This document shows, piece after piece, positions 35,893 through 45,432 of a stretch of DNA of 64,000 nt (its first letter is position 1; each line of letters starts with the position of its first letter). The position numbers and the translations under genes were made by a program. The notes under the pieces are model-generated. The model saw only the letters and a list, made by a program, of their open reading frames with translations, was not told where the DNA came from and did no database searches. Origin of the DNA: Candidatus Saccharimonadota bacterium (GTDB taxonomy: Bacteria > Patescibacteriota > Saccharimonadia > Saccharimonadales > Saccharimonadaceae); NCBI GenBank assembly GCA_003979185.1, contig RYWJ01000002.1, positions 4,650 through 68,649 of the forward strand, given 5' to 3'.

Positions 35893-35917
35893 ATAGTCCC
35901 GCAAGGGACTATTTTTT
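35893..35917 (+). terminator. Intrinsic terminator after fusA
   Basis: ATAGTCCC-gcaa-GGGACTAT followed by TTTTT. Confidence 0.7.
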
Positions 35918-35998
35918 GTGTACCATGAATTTAAGCTTGCTGTTCAATTTATTCATAATCATGATTATACCATTCCAGATGTGTTATAATGAAGCCAA

Positions 35999-36688
35999 AT
36001 GAAAAAGATTTTAATCATTGAAGATGAAGAGGCAATGCGTCAAGGTCTAGATGACCTATTGCGCAGCTCAGGGTACGAATCAAAGGCTTTGGACTTATCC
36101 AAATATCTTCCGCAACCTCAAAATATTGCCAGTATCATTGACGATATTGTCGCGGTGCAGGCGGATTTGATTTTGCTAGATATTAATTTGGCTGGACTAG
36201 ACGGGGAGCTGATTTTGAAGACTCTGCGTAGTCGTTCGGAAGTACCAGTAATCATGGTAACGAGTAGTGGTATGGAGATGGATGAAGTGCTGTCGATGAG
36301 CTACGGTGCAGACGATTATATTACAAAGCCGTATAATCCACAGATTTTATTGTTGAGAATTGCTGCGGTATTAAAACGCTTTGAGGGTACAAATGGCCCG
36401 ATCAAGTTTCATAATTTACGGGTAGATCTAAATAAAGGCGTGATTGAAAGTGACCAAAAGCGTATTTTGTTGACGAAGAACGAAATGATTATCTTTGGAC
36501 ATTTGCTTTCTCATCGAGGTGAGATTGTGACGCGTGATGATTTAATGACGGATTTATGGAATAACCATGAATATATTAATGATAATGCGTTAACCGTAAA
36601 TGTTAGCCGTTTGCGTGGTAAATTCAAAACACTTGGCATGGGTGAAACCATTGAAACCCGTAAAGGTTTAGGCTATATCTTATCATGA
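35999..36688 (+). CDS. OmpR-family response regulator (BceR-like)
   Basis: Receiver domain (LILLDINLAGLDG) plus a winged-helix C-terminus (TRKGLGYIL). Confidence 0.9.
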   Translation: MKKILIIEDEEAMRQGLDDLLRSSGYESKALDLSKYLPQPQNIASIIDDIVAVQADLILLDINLAGLDGELILKTLRSRSEVPVIMVTSSGMEMDEVLSMSYGADDYITKPYNPQILLLRIAAVLKRFEGTNGPIKFHNLRVDLNKGVIESDQKRILLTKNEMIIFGHLLSHRGEIVTRDDLMTDLWNNHEYINDNALTVNVSRLRGKFKTLGMGETIETRKGLGYILS

Positions 36689-37701
36689 AACCTCAAGCCG
36701 AAAACCCAGCAAGTCTCAAACACTATTTGCGAGATAAGCTCTTTGTGATTGTGTTGGCGTTTGGTATGTTGGGGGTATTAGTGCTTTTCCTGCTAGCGCT
36801 AAAATCAAATTTTATATTTGTTTTTCTAATTACTATTTTTTGGCTCGGTTTTTTGATAATGATTTTGACATGGGATTATCTGCGACGGCATAAATTTTAT
36901 CAAGATTTGTTGGGGAATTTAGAGAATTTAGATCAGGCATATTTGATTTTGGAAACTCTTGAATCGCCAACTTTTTATGATGGTGAAATCTTGCATCAAG
37001 TGTTATATCGTATTAATAAGTCAATGATTGAGAATGTGCGAAATTACCAAAGTGCGTCAAGGGAATTTCAGGATTATGTTGAGATGTGGATTCATGAAGT
37101 AAAAACGCCATTAGCGACGCTGTCTTTGATTGCACGTGAGCCAAAAGTCTTGGCGCAAGTAAAACGTTTAGATGACTATGTAGAACAAATTTTGTACTTT
37201 GCTCGTGCAGAAAATGCTGAACGTGATTATTTAATTCAAAAAGTATGTTTAGAGAAGCCTGTTGATAAAGTCGCGAACCGTAACTTAGAAATTATTAGAG
37301 CAAAACAGATTGATTTTGTGGTTAAGGATTTACATCAGGAAGTCTACACTGATTCAAAATGGCTGGAATTTATTATTAATCAGATTCTGAATAATAGTAT
37401 TAAGTATGGTAGTACTAAAATCGAATTGTCTGCAAAAGTAATCGGTGGCCAAGTGACATTATCGATTACTGATGATGGCTGTGGAATTGACGCGAAGGAT
37501 CTTCCGCGCGTCTTCGACAAAAGTTTCACTGGTGAGAATGGTCGTATTGGCAATAAATCGACTGGCATGGGTTTGTATATTGCGAAAATTCTTTGCGACA
37601 AACTCGGCCATCAGATCACAATTGCTTCTCAGAAAGATCAATATACAAGCGTAAAAATCACTTTTACCAAACCAGAATATTATAAAGTTCTGGAAAGTTA
37701 G
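36685..37701 (+). CDS. Intramembrane-sensing histidine kinase (BceS-like)
   Basis: Two N-terminal TM helices with a minimal loop. H-box HEVKTPL, N-box NSIKYG, and G-boxes DDGCGID and GMGLYIA. Confidence 0.85.
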   Translation: MKPQAENPASLKHYLRDKLFVIVLAFGMLGVLVLFLLALKSNFIFVFLITIFWLGFLIMILTWDYLRRHKFYQDLLGNLENLDQAYLILETLESPTFYDGEILHQVLYRINKSMIENVRNYQSASREFQDYVEMWIHEVKTPLATLSLIAREPKVLAQVKRLDDYVEQILYFARAENAERDYLIQKVCLEKPVDKVANRNLEIIRAKQIDFVVKDLHQEVYTDSKWLEFIINQILNNSIKYGSTKIELSAKVIGGQVTLSITDDGCGIDAKDLPRVFDKSFTGENGRIGNKSTGMGLYIAKILCDKLGHQITIASQKDQYTSVKITFTKPEYYKVLES

Positions 37702-37717
37702 CTTATATATTACAAAA

Positions 37718-37736
37718 AAGTAAGTCAGAAGTAAGT
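37718..37736 (+). promoter_or_regulatory. Tandem direct repeats AAGTAAGT-n3-AAGTAAGT (11-bp phasing), candidate response-regulator box upstream of the ABC operon
   Basis: Read directly. TATAAT at 37768-37773 has no good -35, which suggests an activator-dependent promoter. Confidence 0.4.
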
Positions 37737-37790
37737 TTGAACGCACGACACCGGAATAAGTTTTACATATAATAAAGTCAAGGAGAAAGT

Positions 37791-38558
37791 ATGAAAACGA
37801 TTTTAGAATTAGAAAAAGTCGAGAAATATTACGGCAACAAGTCGTCCTTAACCAAAGCGATTGATAATATTTCTCTAAGTGTCGACGAAGGTGAATTTGT
37901 CGCAATTATGGGTTCGAGTGGCTCAGGAAAAACAACTTTACTTAATGCTATATCAACAATTGATCGCGTGACTGCTGGACACATTTACGTAGCCGGTGAA
38001 GATATTACCGAGTTAAAAGGTGAGGCGCTGAATCGCTTTCGTCGTGAAGAGCTAGGATTTATTTTTCAGGATTTCAATCTGTTGGATTCGCTCACGGCCT
38101 ACGAGAATATCGCTCTAGCTTTGTCGATTCAGAACTGCAAAGTAGACGAACTTAAGGAGCGTGTGCATAATGTAGCAAAAGAGTTAAATATTACGAACGT
38201 ACTGGAAAAGTTTCCTTATCAAATGTCGGGAGGCCAGAAGCAACGCGTGGCGTCCGCTCGAGCAATTGTGACAAAACCAAAACTGATTTTGGCAGATGAG
38301 CCAACTGGAGCTTTGGACTCTAAGTCGTCTCGAATGTTGCTTGAGCAATTCGAAAGCCTTAATGCAAAATTGAACGCTACAATTCTCATGGTAACGCATG
38401 ATGCCTTTGCGGCTTCGTATGCTTCGCGCGTAATTTTTATTAAGGACGGTAAAGTCTTTAATGAGATTCGTAAAGGTAAAGATGATCGCAAGAAGTTCTT
38501 TAATGAGATTATTAATGTAATTACTTTGCTCGGGGGTGATTTAAATGATGCTTTGTAA
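37791..38558 (+). CDS. ABC transporter ATP-binding protein (BceA-like)
   Basis: Walker A GSSGSGKTT, signature MSGGQKQR and Walker B LILADEPT. Confidence 0.9.
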   Translation: MKTILELEKVEKYYGNKSSLTKAIDNISLSVDEGEFVAIMGSSGSGKTTLLNAISTIDRVTAGHIYVAGEDITELKGEALNRFRREELGFIFQDFNLLDSLTAYENIALALSIQNCKVDELKERVHNVAKELNITNVLEKFPYQMSGGQKQRVASARAIVTKPKLILADEPTGALDSKSSRMLLEQFESLNAKLNATILMVTHDAFAASYASRVIFIKDGKVFNEIRKGKDDRKKFFNEIINVITLLGGDLNDAL

Positions 38559-38737
38559 TGGAAAAATACAATTAATAAATAAATTACAAAAATATTTCAG
38601 TTTTAAAATGCGCCAAAATTTAATATTAAAAAATAAACAAAAATTTTCGCAATGGGAAAAGCGACTTTTCCAGCTGTTTTCCTGTAAAGTTATAAATAAA
38701 AAATATTATTTTCAGTTAAATAGTGAGGTGCAGAGTT

Positions 38738-40786
38738 ATGTTTGCTAAACTTGCTATTAAAAACATTAAACGTAGTATTAAAGACTATGCAATTTACTTT
38801 TTTACACTAGTTTTGGGTGTAGCGATCTTTTATATTTTTAATTCTATCGGCAGTCAAACCATTATGCTGGATGTCAATGATCGTGTTCGTGATATGCTGG
38901 AGTTAATTAATGTAATTATGGGCGCGGTAAGTGTCTTAGTTTCATTTATTTTGGGTGCATTGATTATCTATGCTTCAAGATTTTTAATTAAACGGCGTAG
39001 TAAGGAATTTGGTATTTATCTGACGTTGGGAATGAGTAAACGTAAGATTTCGCTGATTCTGTTGTTGGAAACTTTCTTCATCGGCCTTTTGTCGCTGGGT
39101 GTGGGGCTTCTGATAGGAATATTAGTTTCGCAATTTATTAGTGTACTAGTAGCGAATATGTTTGAGGCGAATTTGACGGAATTTCAGTTTGTCTTTTCGC
39201 TATCGGCATTAGTAAAAACACTCATCTACTTTGGTGTGATTTATCTCATTGTTATGATCTTTAATACGATTAATATTAGTCGACAAAGATTAATTACGCT
39301 TCTATCGAACAGCCGTCGTAGTGAAAAGATTAAATTAAAGAACCTATGGGTTTGTACGCTCGTGTTCATTGTGGCAGCGGTCCTACTAGGAATAGCCTAC
39401 TACCTTGTAACGGCCGGAATTGGTTTCGTGGATGAAGTTTCTGATTTGTTGATTCCAATTATTATGGGCGTAGTGGCAACTTTTCTTCTATTCTGGTCAT
39501 TGTCGGGATTGCTGCTCCGCATTTTTATGAGCTTTAAAGGTGTGTATTACAAAAATTTGAATTCTTTTATACTTCGCCAGTTTAGCAGTAAGATTAATAC
39601 GACGGTGATGTCGATGGGTATGATTTGTTTAATGCTCTTTGTCACCGTCTGCGTGTTGGGATCTGCGTTGTCAATTAATGGCACTTTGCATGAGTCAATT
39701 GATAAATCTTTACCTGTTGATGTGCAGATTGAAAGTGTGGGGCGAGATCCGATCAGTATAGAGGAAATATACGATCGTGAAGATATCAATATCAATGAGC
39801 TTTTAAAAGATATTGTTACTTATCGTACCTATATATTAGAAGATTTTTCTGTCAAAGATAGCTTGGCGGATATTATGGATTCGATTGGTAAATATGGAGA
39901 AGTGCAGTATACTTTAAATTCATCTGAACGCTTTATGCATGTCAGTGACTATAATCGTGTTGCTTCACTGTTTGAGCTACCAGCACTGGAGCTGAATCAG
40001 GGTGAGTATGCAGTTTTGGCTGATTACAATCTAATGGTAGAAGTGCGCAACGCAGCGTTAAAGCAGGGTGCTAAAATTAACTTGCTAGGCAATGTTTTGA
40101 AGCCAAAATATGATGAGTGTATCTTTGGTACTATTGAGCTTGCTATGTCAAAGCTTAATACGGGACTTATTATTGTGCCTGATAGTATTCAACTTAAAGA
40201 TACTAAATCATATGTCAGGGAATATATGCTTGCTAACTACGTAAACCCCGATGACGCAGATGAAGTGGAACAGCAGATATATAGCATTAGTAACCGCTTC
40301 TTTAGGGAACATCCAGACCAGGAGGGCGCGGACGAAGAAGAAATGTATTATTACAATGTTACATCACGACAAGAGATAGTTGACAACAACGTTGGTACTT
40401 CAGCTATGGTAACTTTTGTGGGGCTATACTTAGGTATCATTTTCCTAATTTCCAGTGCCGCAGTGTTAGCACTAAAAGAACTCTCGGAAAGCAGTGATAA
40501 TCGTGAGAAGTATACGGTCCTGCGTAAAATCGGCACAAGTGAACATACACTTAATAAAGCACTATTTTGGCAGATTTTCATCTTTTTCATCTTCCCATTG
40601 TTGATTGCAATATTGCATTCGGTCTTTGGCTTAATGTTCTGTGACTTCTTGCTTTCGTCACTAGGTGGTATTAGTATTGCGCATTCAGTACCTTGGGTAG
40701 TGGCGCTATTGCTAGTAATCTACGGTGGATATTTCCTGATCACCTATGCATGCAGCAGAAACATTATTCGTGAGCATCGCGCCTAG
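38738..40786 (+). CDS. FtsX-domain ABC permease with large extracellular domain (BceB-like)
   Basis: About 10 TM segments with a ~200-aa loop between TM7 and TM8. The ATG at 38738 is preceded by GAGGTG. Confidence 0.8.
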   Translation: MFAKLAIKNIKRSIKDYAIYFFTLVLGVAIFYIFNSIGSQTIMLDVNDRVRDMLELINVIMGAVSVLVSFILGALIIYASRFLIKRRSKEFGIYLTLGMSKRKISLILLLETFFIGLLSLGVGLLIGILVSQFISVLVANMFEANLTEFQFVFSLSALVKTLIYFGVIYLIVMIFNTINISRQRLITLLSNSRRSEKIKLKNLWVCTLVFIVAAVLLGIAYYLVTAGIGFVDEVSDLLIPIIMGVVATFLLFWSLSGLLLRIFMSFKGVYYKNLNSFILRQFSSKINTTVMSMGMICLMLFVTVCVLGSALSINGTLHESIDKSLPVDVQIESVGRDPISIEEIYDREDININELLKDIVTYRTYILEDFSVKDSLADIMDSIGKYGEVQYTLNSSERFMHVSDYNRVASLFELPALELNQGEYAVLADYNLMVEVRNAALKQGAKINLLGNVLKPKYDECIFGTIELAMSKLNTGLIIVPDSIQLKDTKSYVREYMLANYVNPDDADEVEQQIYSISNRFFREHPDQEGADEEEMYYYNVTSRQEIVDNNVGTSAMVTFVGLYLGIIFLISSAAVLALKELSESSDNREKYTVLRKIGTSEHTLNKALFWQIFIFFIFPLLIAILHSVFGLMFCDFLLSSLGGISIAHSVPWVVALLLVIYGGYFLITYACSRNIIREHRA

Positions 40787-40799
40787 GTTTTAATCTTAA

Positions 40800-40835
40800 A
40801 GATCGTACTTGCTCGTTCCTAAGTACGATCTTTTT
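40800..40835 (+). terminator. Intrinsic terminator
   Basis: 11-bp stem AGATCGTACTT/AAGTACGATCT followed by TTTT. Confidence 0.7.
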
Positions 40836-40861
40836 ACTGGTTTAGCATAAGTTGTGATATA

Positions 40862-42064
40862 ATGGAAGCTATGGAACTTCTAATAGTCGGGCTACTTGCG
40901 GTTATTATCGGATTATTAATTTTTATGTTGATACGCAGGGCGCAGCCGCCGGTAGTGGACACTTCTAAGCTGGAGGAGAGGTTGATTCGGGTTGAGAGCG
41001 AATTGGACAAGATTGCTCCAAAAATCGAAGGCGAATTTCGTGAGAATCGTAAAGAAATTACTGAAAACTTACAAGGGAATCGCCGAGAGATCTCTGACAA
41101 TCTACAATTAATTCAGAAGACTGTAGATACACGTGTTAAGAGTCTGCAAGATGACAATGCTAAGAAACTTGAGGAGATGCGGATGACGGTAGACGAGAAG
41201 CTGCAAAAATCCGTTGAACATCGCTTTAATGAGAGCTTTAAGCAAATTTCGGGGCAGCTTACGCAGGTCTATCAGGGTCTAGGAGAAATGAAGACTTTAG
41301 CAAACGGAGTTGGTGATTTGAAGAAGGTCATGGAGGGCGTCAAGACACGGGGTATCTATGGGGAAGTCCAACTTGGTAATATTATCTCAGACTGTATGCC
41401 TAAAGAGCAGTACGAAGAAAACATTGTCACCAAAAAGGGCAGTAATGATCGCGTGGAGTTTGCAATAAAAATGCCAGGCAAAGATGACTTTACGGTCTAT
41501 TTGCCAATCGATTCGAAATTTCCAGTGGAAAATTATGGGCGGTTGCTGGAAGCTTATGATAACGGTAACAAAACTGAGATTGAAGCTTTTCGTAAAGCGC
41601 TGTCAACTGATGTTAAGGAACAAGCGAAAAAGATTTCTACGAAATATCTTGATCCGCCAGCGACGACAGACTTTGGTGTCATGTTTGTACCAACTGAAAG
41701 TTTATATGCGGAGATCCTAAGGATTCCTGGACTATCTGATGAGATTCGCCAGAAGTTAAATGTAACAATTGCATCACCATCAACGTTGCCGGTAATCTTG
41801 TCAGGTCTTACTATGGGTTTTCGTAGTGTGGCGATCGAGAAGCGTTCCGCAGAAGTATGGCAAACGCTCGGTGCGGTAAAGACACAGTTTGGTAAGTTTG
41901 GTGACTTGCTTGCGCAAACAAAAAAGAAGCTTGAGGAAACTGCTAATAAGATTGGTAATGCAGAGGTTACTTCACGACAGATTGAGCGTAAATTAAAGTC
42001 AGTTGAAAGTTTGCCGGAGAACGAAAGTGTCAAAATGATTGGTAACTTGGAGATGGAAGCTTAA
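40862..42064 (+). CDS. rmuC: DNA recombination protein RmuC
   Basis: N-terminal TM helix, a long coiled coil, and VEFAIKMPG...YLPIDSKFP. Extended -10 TGATATAAT ends at 40861, so the ATG at 40871 may be a leaderless start. Confidence 0.85.
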   Translation: MEAMELLIVGLLAVIIGLLIFMLIRRAQPPVVDTSKLEERLIRVESELDKIAPKIEGEFRENRKEITENLQGNRREISDNLQLIQKTVDTRVKSLQDDNAKKLEEMRMTVDEKLQKSVEHRFNESFKQISGQLTQVYQGLGEMKTLANGVGDLKKVMEGVKTRGIYGEVQLGNIISDCMPKEQYEENIVTKKGSNDRVEFAIKMPGKDDFTVYLPIDSKFPVENYGRLLEAYDNGNKTEIEAFRKALSTDVKEQAKKISTKYLDPPATTDFGVMFVPTESLYAEILRIPGLSDEIRQKLNVTIASPSTLPVILSGLTMGFRSVAIEKRSAEVWQTLGAVKTQFGKFGDLLAQTKKKLEETANKIGNAEVTSRQIERKLKSVESLPENESVKMIGNLEMEA

Positions 42065-42865
42065 ATGCATACGATCAAAGGCTATAAGGATGAATGGCGT
42101 ATTCAAGAATATGTTTTGATTACATTTTTTATTTCCTGGTTAAGCTGGGGAATATTGATTCTATTAACTAATCTTAAGGCTATTACTTTTAATCATCCGC
42201 TTGGCATGATTTTGTTCGGTGTGGGGGGATTTGGCCCAACAATCGCTGCGATTATGTGCTTGGAGGGAAGGCTCAGTATGAAGAAGATTCAGAATTTTAT
42301 CTTTGAGCATAAGAAGAAGACCATTTGGTGTTTATTACTACTCGCTGTGATGCTTATTATGACTGTCTGGCTTGCTTCAACTGGAACCAATGCTGATATG
42401 CCTTGGTATTCGTTGCCAATCATATTTATGGTTTGCGTATTTTTTGGGGGCGGTAACGAAGAATTAGGGTGGCGTGGTACGATGCAACCTTTACTTGAAA
42501 AAGTAATGCAAGGTAGAGTTAAAAATAGGTTTTGGAGTTATATATTAACTACACTCATCGTTGGTGTAGTCTGGGCGATATGGCATCTTCCATTATGGTT
42601 TGTGGTTGGAAGCAATCAGCAAACAATGGATCTTGGTAGATTTGTTTTTGAAGTTATTGTGATGAGTTTTTGGTTGGCGTTTGTTTACGGTCGTACCAGA
42701 TCAGTGTTCTATTGCATGTTGCTACATGGATTAGTGAACACCTTGATGGCCTTCTTCATACTTCAGACTGGCTGGGTCTATTACTTAGGGTATGCGGTGA
42801 TTACTGCCGTAGCTATCTTCTTGAGCGTGAAGAAACCACAGGGAAAAATTTATGAAAATAGTTAG
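42065..42865 (+). CDS. CPBP-family intramembrane glutamic protease
   Basis: EELGWRG and HGLVN motifs in a polytopic membrane protein. Confidence 0.75.
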   Translation: MHTIKGYKDEWRIQEYVLITFFISWLSWGILILLTNLKAITFNHPLGMILFGVGGFGPTIAAIMCLEGRLSMKKIQNFIFEHKKKTIWCLLLLAVMLIMTVWLASTGTNADMPWYSLPIIFMVCVFFGGGNEELGWRGTMQPLLEKVMQGRVKNRFWSYILTTLIVGVVWAIWHLPLWFVVGSNQQTMDLGRFVFEVIVMSFWLAFVYGRTRSVFYCMLLHGLVNTLMAFFILQTGWVYYLGYAVITAVAIFLSVKKPQGKIYENS

Positions 42866-43583
42866 TGGGATTTCAGTTTGGTTATTGATTTTTCTAACAT
42901 ATTCGTTTATAGGCTGGTTTTTTGAGGTTACAGCGTCTTTGGTTTTAGCAAAGAAGTGGAGCAATCGTGGCTTTTTGATTGGACCACTTTGTCCAATTTA
43001 CGGTTTCGGCGCAATGATTTTAACTATGTTACTCCGTCGTGCCGATAACTTAGTCGAAGTTTTTTTAGTTTCAGTTCTGGCAAGTGCCGTTTTGGAATAT
43101 ATGACGAGCTTTGTGATGGAAAAACTCTTTCGAGTACGTTGGTGGGACTATAGTGAGAAGCCCTTTAATCTTCATGGGCGTATCTCCTTAGAGAATTTGT
43201 TTTATTTTGGCATCATGGGGGTATTAGTTGTATATTGTATTAACCCTATACTGACAACTATCTACGGTAGTATACCTGAACATCTAGTAATTATTTTGGC
43301 GAGTGCCATGCTAGTTCTTGTGCTCATTGATCTTGCAATTTCTCTTTGGTTAATTATCGGTTGTCGCGTAACGGTTGGTACCATTCAAGTTGACGCGACT
43401 GACGAGATTACGGAGAATATTCATAAGCTATTGATGGAGAAAGGTCGCTTAAATCGACGTCTAGCAAAAGCGTTTCCAAACATGAAACCAAAGAAAAAGG
43501 CAGTAAGCAAGAGCAAGAAAACTGTCAATAAAACTTCTAATACCAAAAAGTCTACTAGCTCAACTCAAAAGAGTAAGATATAA
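42852..43583 (+). CDS. Polytopic membrane protein (PF06541-like) with Lys/Ser-rich tail
   Basis: GWFFEV, GPLCPIYGFGA and RWWDYS motifs. The C-terminus is KPKKKAVSKSKK. Confidence 0.5.
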   Translation: MKIVSGISVWLLIFLTYSFIGWFFEVTASLVLAKKWSNRGFLIGPLCPIYGFGAMILTMLLRRADNLVEVFLVSVLASAVLEYMTSFVMEKLFRVRWWDYSEKPFNLHGRISLENLFYFGIMGVLVVYCINPILTTIYGSIPEHLVIILASAMLVLVLIDLAISLWLIIGCRVTVGTIQVDATDEITENIHKLLMEKGRLNRRLAKAFPNMKPKKKAVSKSKKTVNKTSNTKKSTSSTQKSKI

Positions 43584-43592
43584 TATAGTATT

Positions 43593-44591
43593 ATGTACAA
43601 AAGTTTTGCTGAATTCATTAAGGACAAGAAAAGACTCTGTATCATTCAGGCAGAGAATCCCGATGGCGACTCTTTAGGATCGGCGATTGCACTGGACTAT
43701 ATCCTCGCGGAAACAGAAAACTATTTGTACTGTCCAGTAGATATACCAAAGTACTTACGATATTTTGAAGATTGGTCGCGAGTAGAAAACGAGTTTGATT
43801 GGAAAGCTGATGGTTATATTATTGTGGATACCGCTTCTAGCATCTTAATCTCTAAATTATTGGAGGATCCAGCGATTAAGAACCTACTCTTTACTAAACC
43901 AGTTTTCGTAATTGATCATCATGAAACAGAAGATGATCTAGAATTTCCTCATGAAGTGATTATTGAGCCTCTTCCCGCCTGCGCTGATTTGATTTTTAAG
44001 ATTGCTGAGGACAATAGATTGTCAGTTAATAAAGAAGCGGCTTGTGCTTTATACTCGGCAATTTCTTCGGATACTTTAGGTCTAGTAAGCGCATCGGTAA
44101 CTGCGGATACTATGAGGACGATGGCTAAGCTGATTGACCTCGGAGCGAATCCGGCCGAGTTGGACGAGCAGCGACGCGAGTTCATGAAGAAATCGCAACG
44201 GATTCTTGATTACAAAGCGGATTTGATTAAGCGAGTTGATTATTCTTTAGATGGAATGTTGGCGACAATCCATATTCCATTTGAGGAGATTCAGAAATAT
44301 TCTGATGAATATAATCCAAATGTTTTGATTTTGGAAGAGCTACGCTTGGTGGAAGGAGTTTTGGTTGCTATAGCTATAAAAACTTATCCAGATGGAAAAG
44401 TAACTGGCAAGATTCGTGCCAGCAAACCAGTAGCAGAACAAATCGCTGGATATTTTGGTGGCGGCGGTCATCCGTATGCGGCGGGCTTCCGCACTTATGA
44501 TACTAGCTATGAAGATGTGCTCAGCGATGTGATAAAGATTTTGCCAGGTTTATTAAAAGAGTGCGAGAATAATGCCCAGGATAATTTATAA
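43593..44591 (+). CDS. DHH/DHHA1 phosphoesterase (NrnA-like)
   Basis: DGDSLGS, DHH and GGGH motifs. Confidence 0.75.
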   Translation: MYKSFAEFIKDKKRLCIIQAENPDGDSLGSAIALDYILAETENYLYCPVDIPKYLRYFEDWSRVENEFDWKADGYIIVDTASSILISKLLEDPAIKNLLFTKPVFVIDHHETEDDLEFPHEVIIEPLPACADLIFKIAEDNRLSVNKEAACALYSAISSDTLGLVSASVTADTMRTMAKLIDLGANPAELDEQRREFMKKSQRILDYKADLIKRVDYSLDGMLATIHIPFEEIQKYSDEYNPNVLILEELRLVEGVLVAIAIKTYPDGKVTGKIRASKPVAEQIAGYFGGGGHPYAAGFRTYDTSYEDVLSDVIKILPGLLKECENNAQDNL

Positions 44592-45432
44592 TGCAGCTAC
44601 TTGGATTTGGTATCGTCTTTTACGAATGCCTGTTCGCCTAAAGTCGATTTATGACAACCAGGTGCGGCGACCTAAGTTGCTGGTCGTGTTTTTGCATGGT
44701 ATTAGTGCAACTTCAGCGACTTGGAGAACGACTTTTGACGAACTTAATCGTAATCCTGAGCTTGCCGATGTACGTTTGGTGACCTTTGATTTATTGGGGT
44801 TTGGCAAATCGTTGAAAGCCAGCTGGCTAGACTATGATGAGCTAGATTATAATAGAGCTTTGGACTCATCGTTGAGAAAGTTACGAGTAGATTGTCCGGT
44901 AGTGTTGATTGGGCATTCTATGGGTTCGTTAATAGCGGCTGACTATGCAGTAGGTTATGCTAAAACGATAGATTTAGTAAAACTCATTTTGGTATCGCCA
45001 CCATTATTGATGTCTAGCGAGTTGGCTAAATTACCAGATAGATTATACACTAAGTCCTATGCCTCTTTACACAAGTTTGCAAATGAGGAACCAGCAGCAG
45101 ATGTGATTGCAAAAATAGTTCAAAGATTTAGCAGCTTTCGTGGTAAATATATCAAAACTGTTGCCTTTGAAAAATCTATGAATAATATTATCCTCAACTC
45201 AAAAAACTATCAAACTTTCACGAGATTACGGGTTCCTACAGTGATTATTCATGGACATTTCGATCCATTAGTAATGAAATCCAATTTGAAGAGGGCGGCA
45301 CTGCATAATTCTACATATGTGAAGTATATTAGTGTTATGGGGCATCATGATATATCTATCGGAAAACGTGCTAAAATATTAAAAGAGGTTAAACAAACTA
45401 TAAAAGAAGAGAGTCGCCATGAAGTTATATAA
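44572..45432 (+). CDS. Alpha/beta hydrolase
   Basis: Nucleophile elbow GHSMGS. HG near the N-terminus and GHHD near the C-terminus. Confidence 0.7.
   Translation: MPRIIYNAATWIWYRLLRMPVRLKSIYDNQVRRPKLLVVFLHGISATSATWRTTFDELNRNPELADVRLVTFDLLGFGKSLKASWLDYDELDYNRALDSSLRKLRVDCPVVLIGHSMGSLIAADYAVGYAKTIDLVKLILVSPPLLMSSELAKLPDRLYTKSYASLHKFANEEPAADVIAKIVQRFSSFRGKYIKTVAFEKSMNNIILNSKNYQTFTRLRVPTVIIHGHFDPLVMKSNLKRAALHNSTYVKYISVMGHHDISIGKRAKILKEVKQTIKEESRHEVI

Noticed and set aside
38545-38748. 67-aa ORF in the spacer between the ABC ATPase and permease genes
   Set aside because: The sequence is extremely AT-rich and Lys/Asn/Phe-rich, with no RBS. It overlaps both neighbours and is more likely non-coding spacer.
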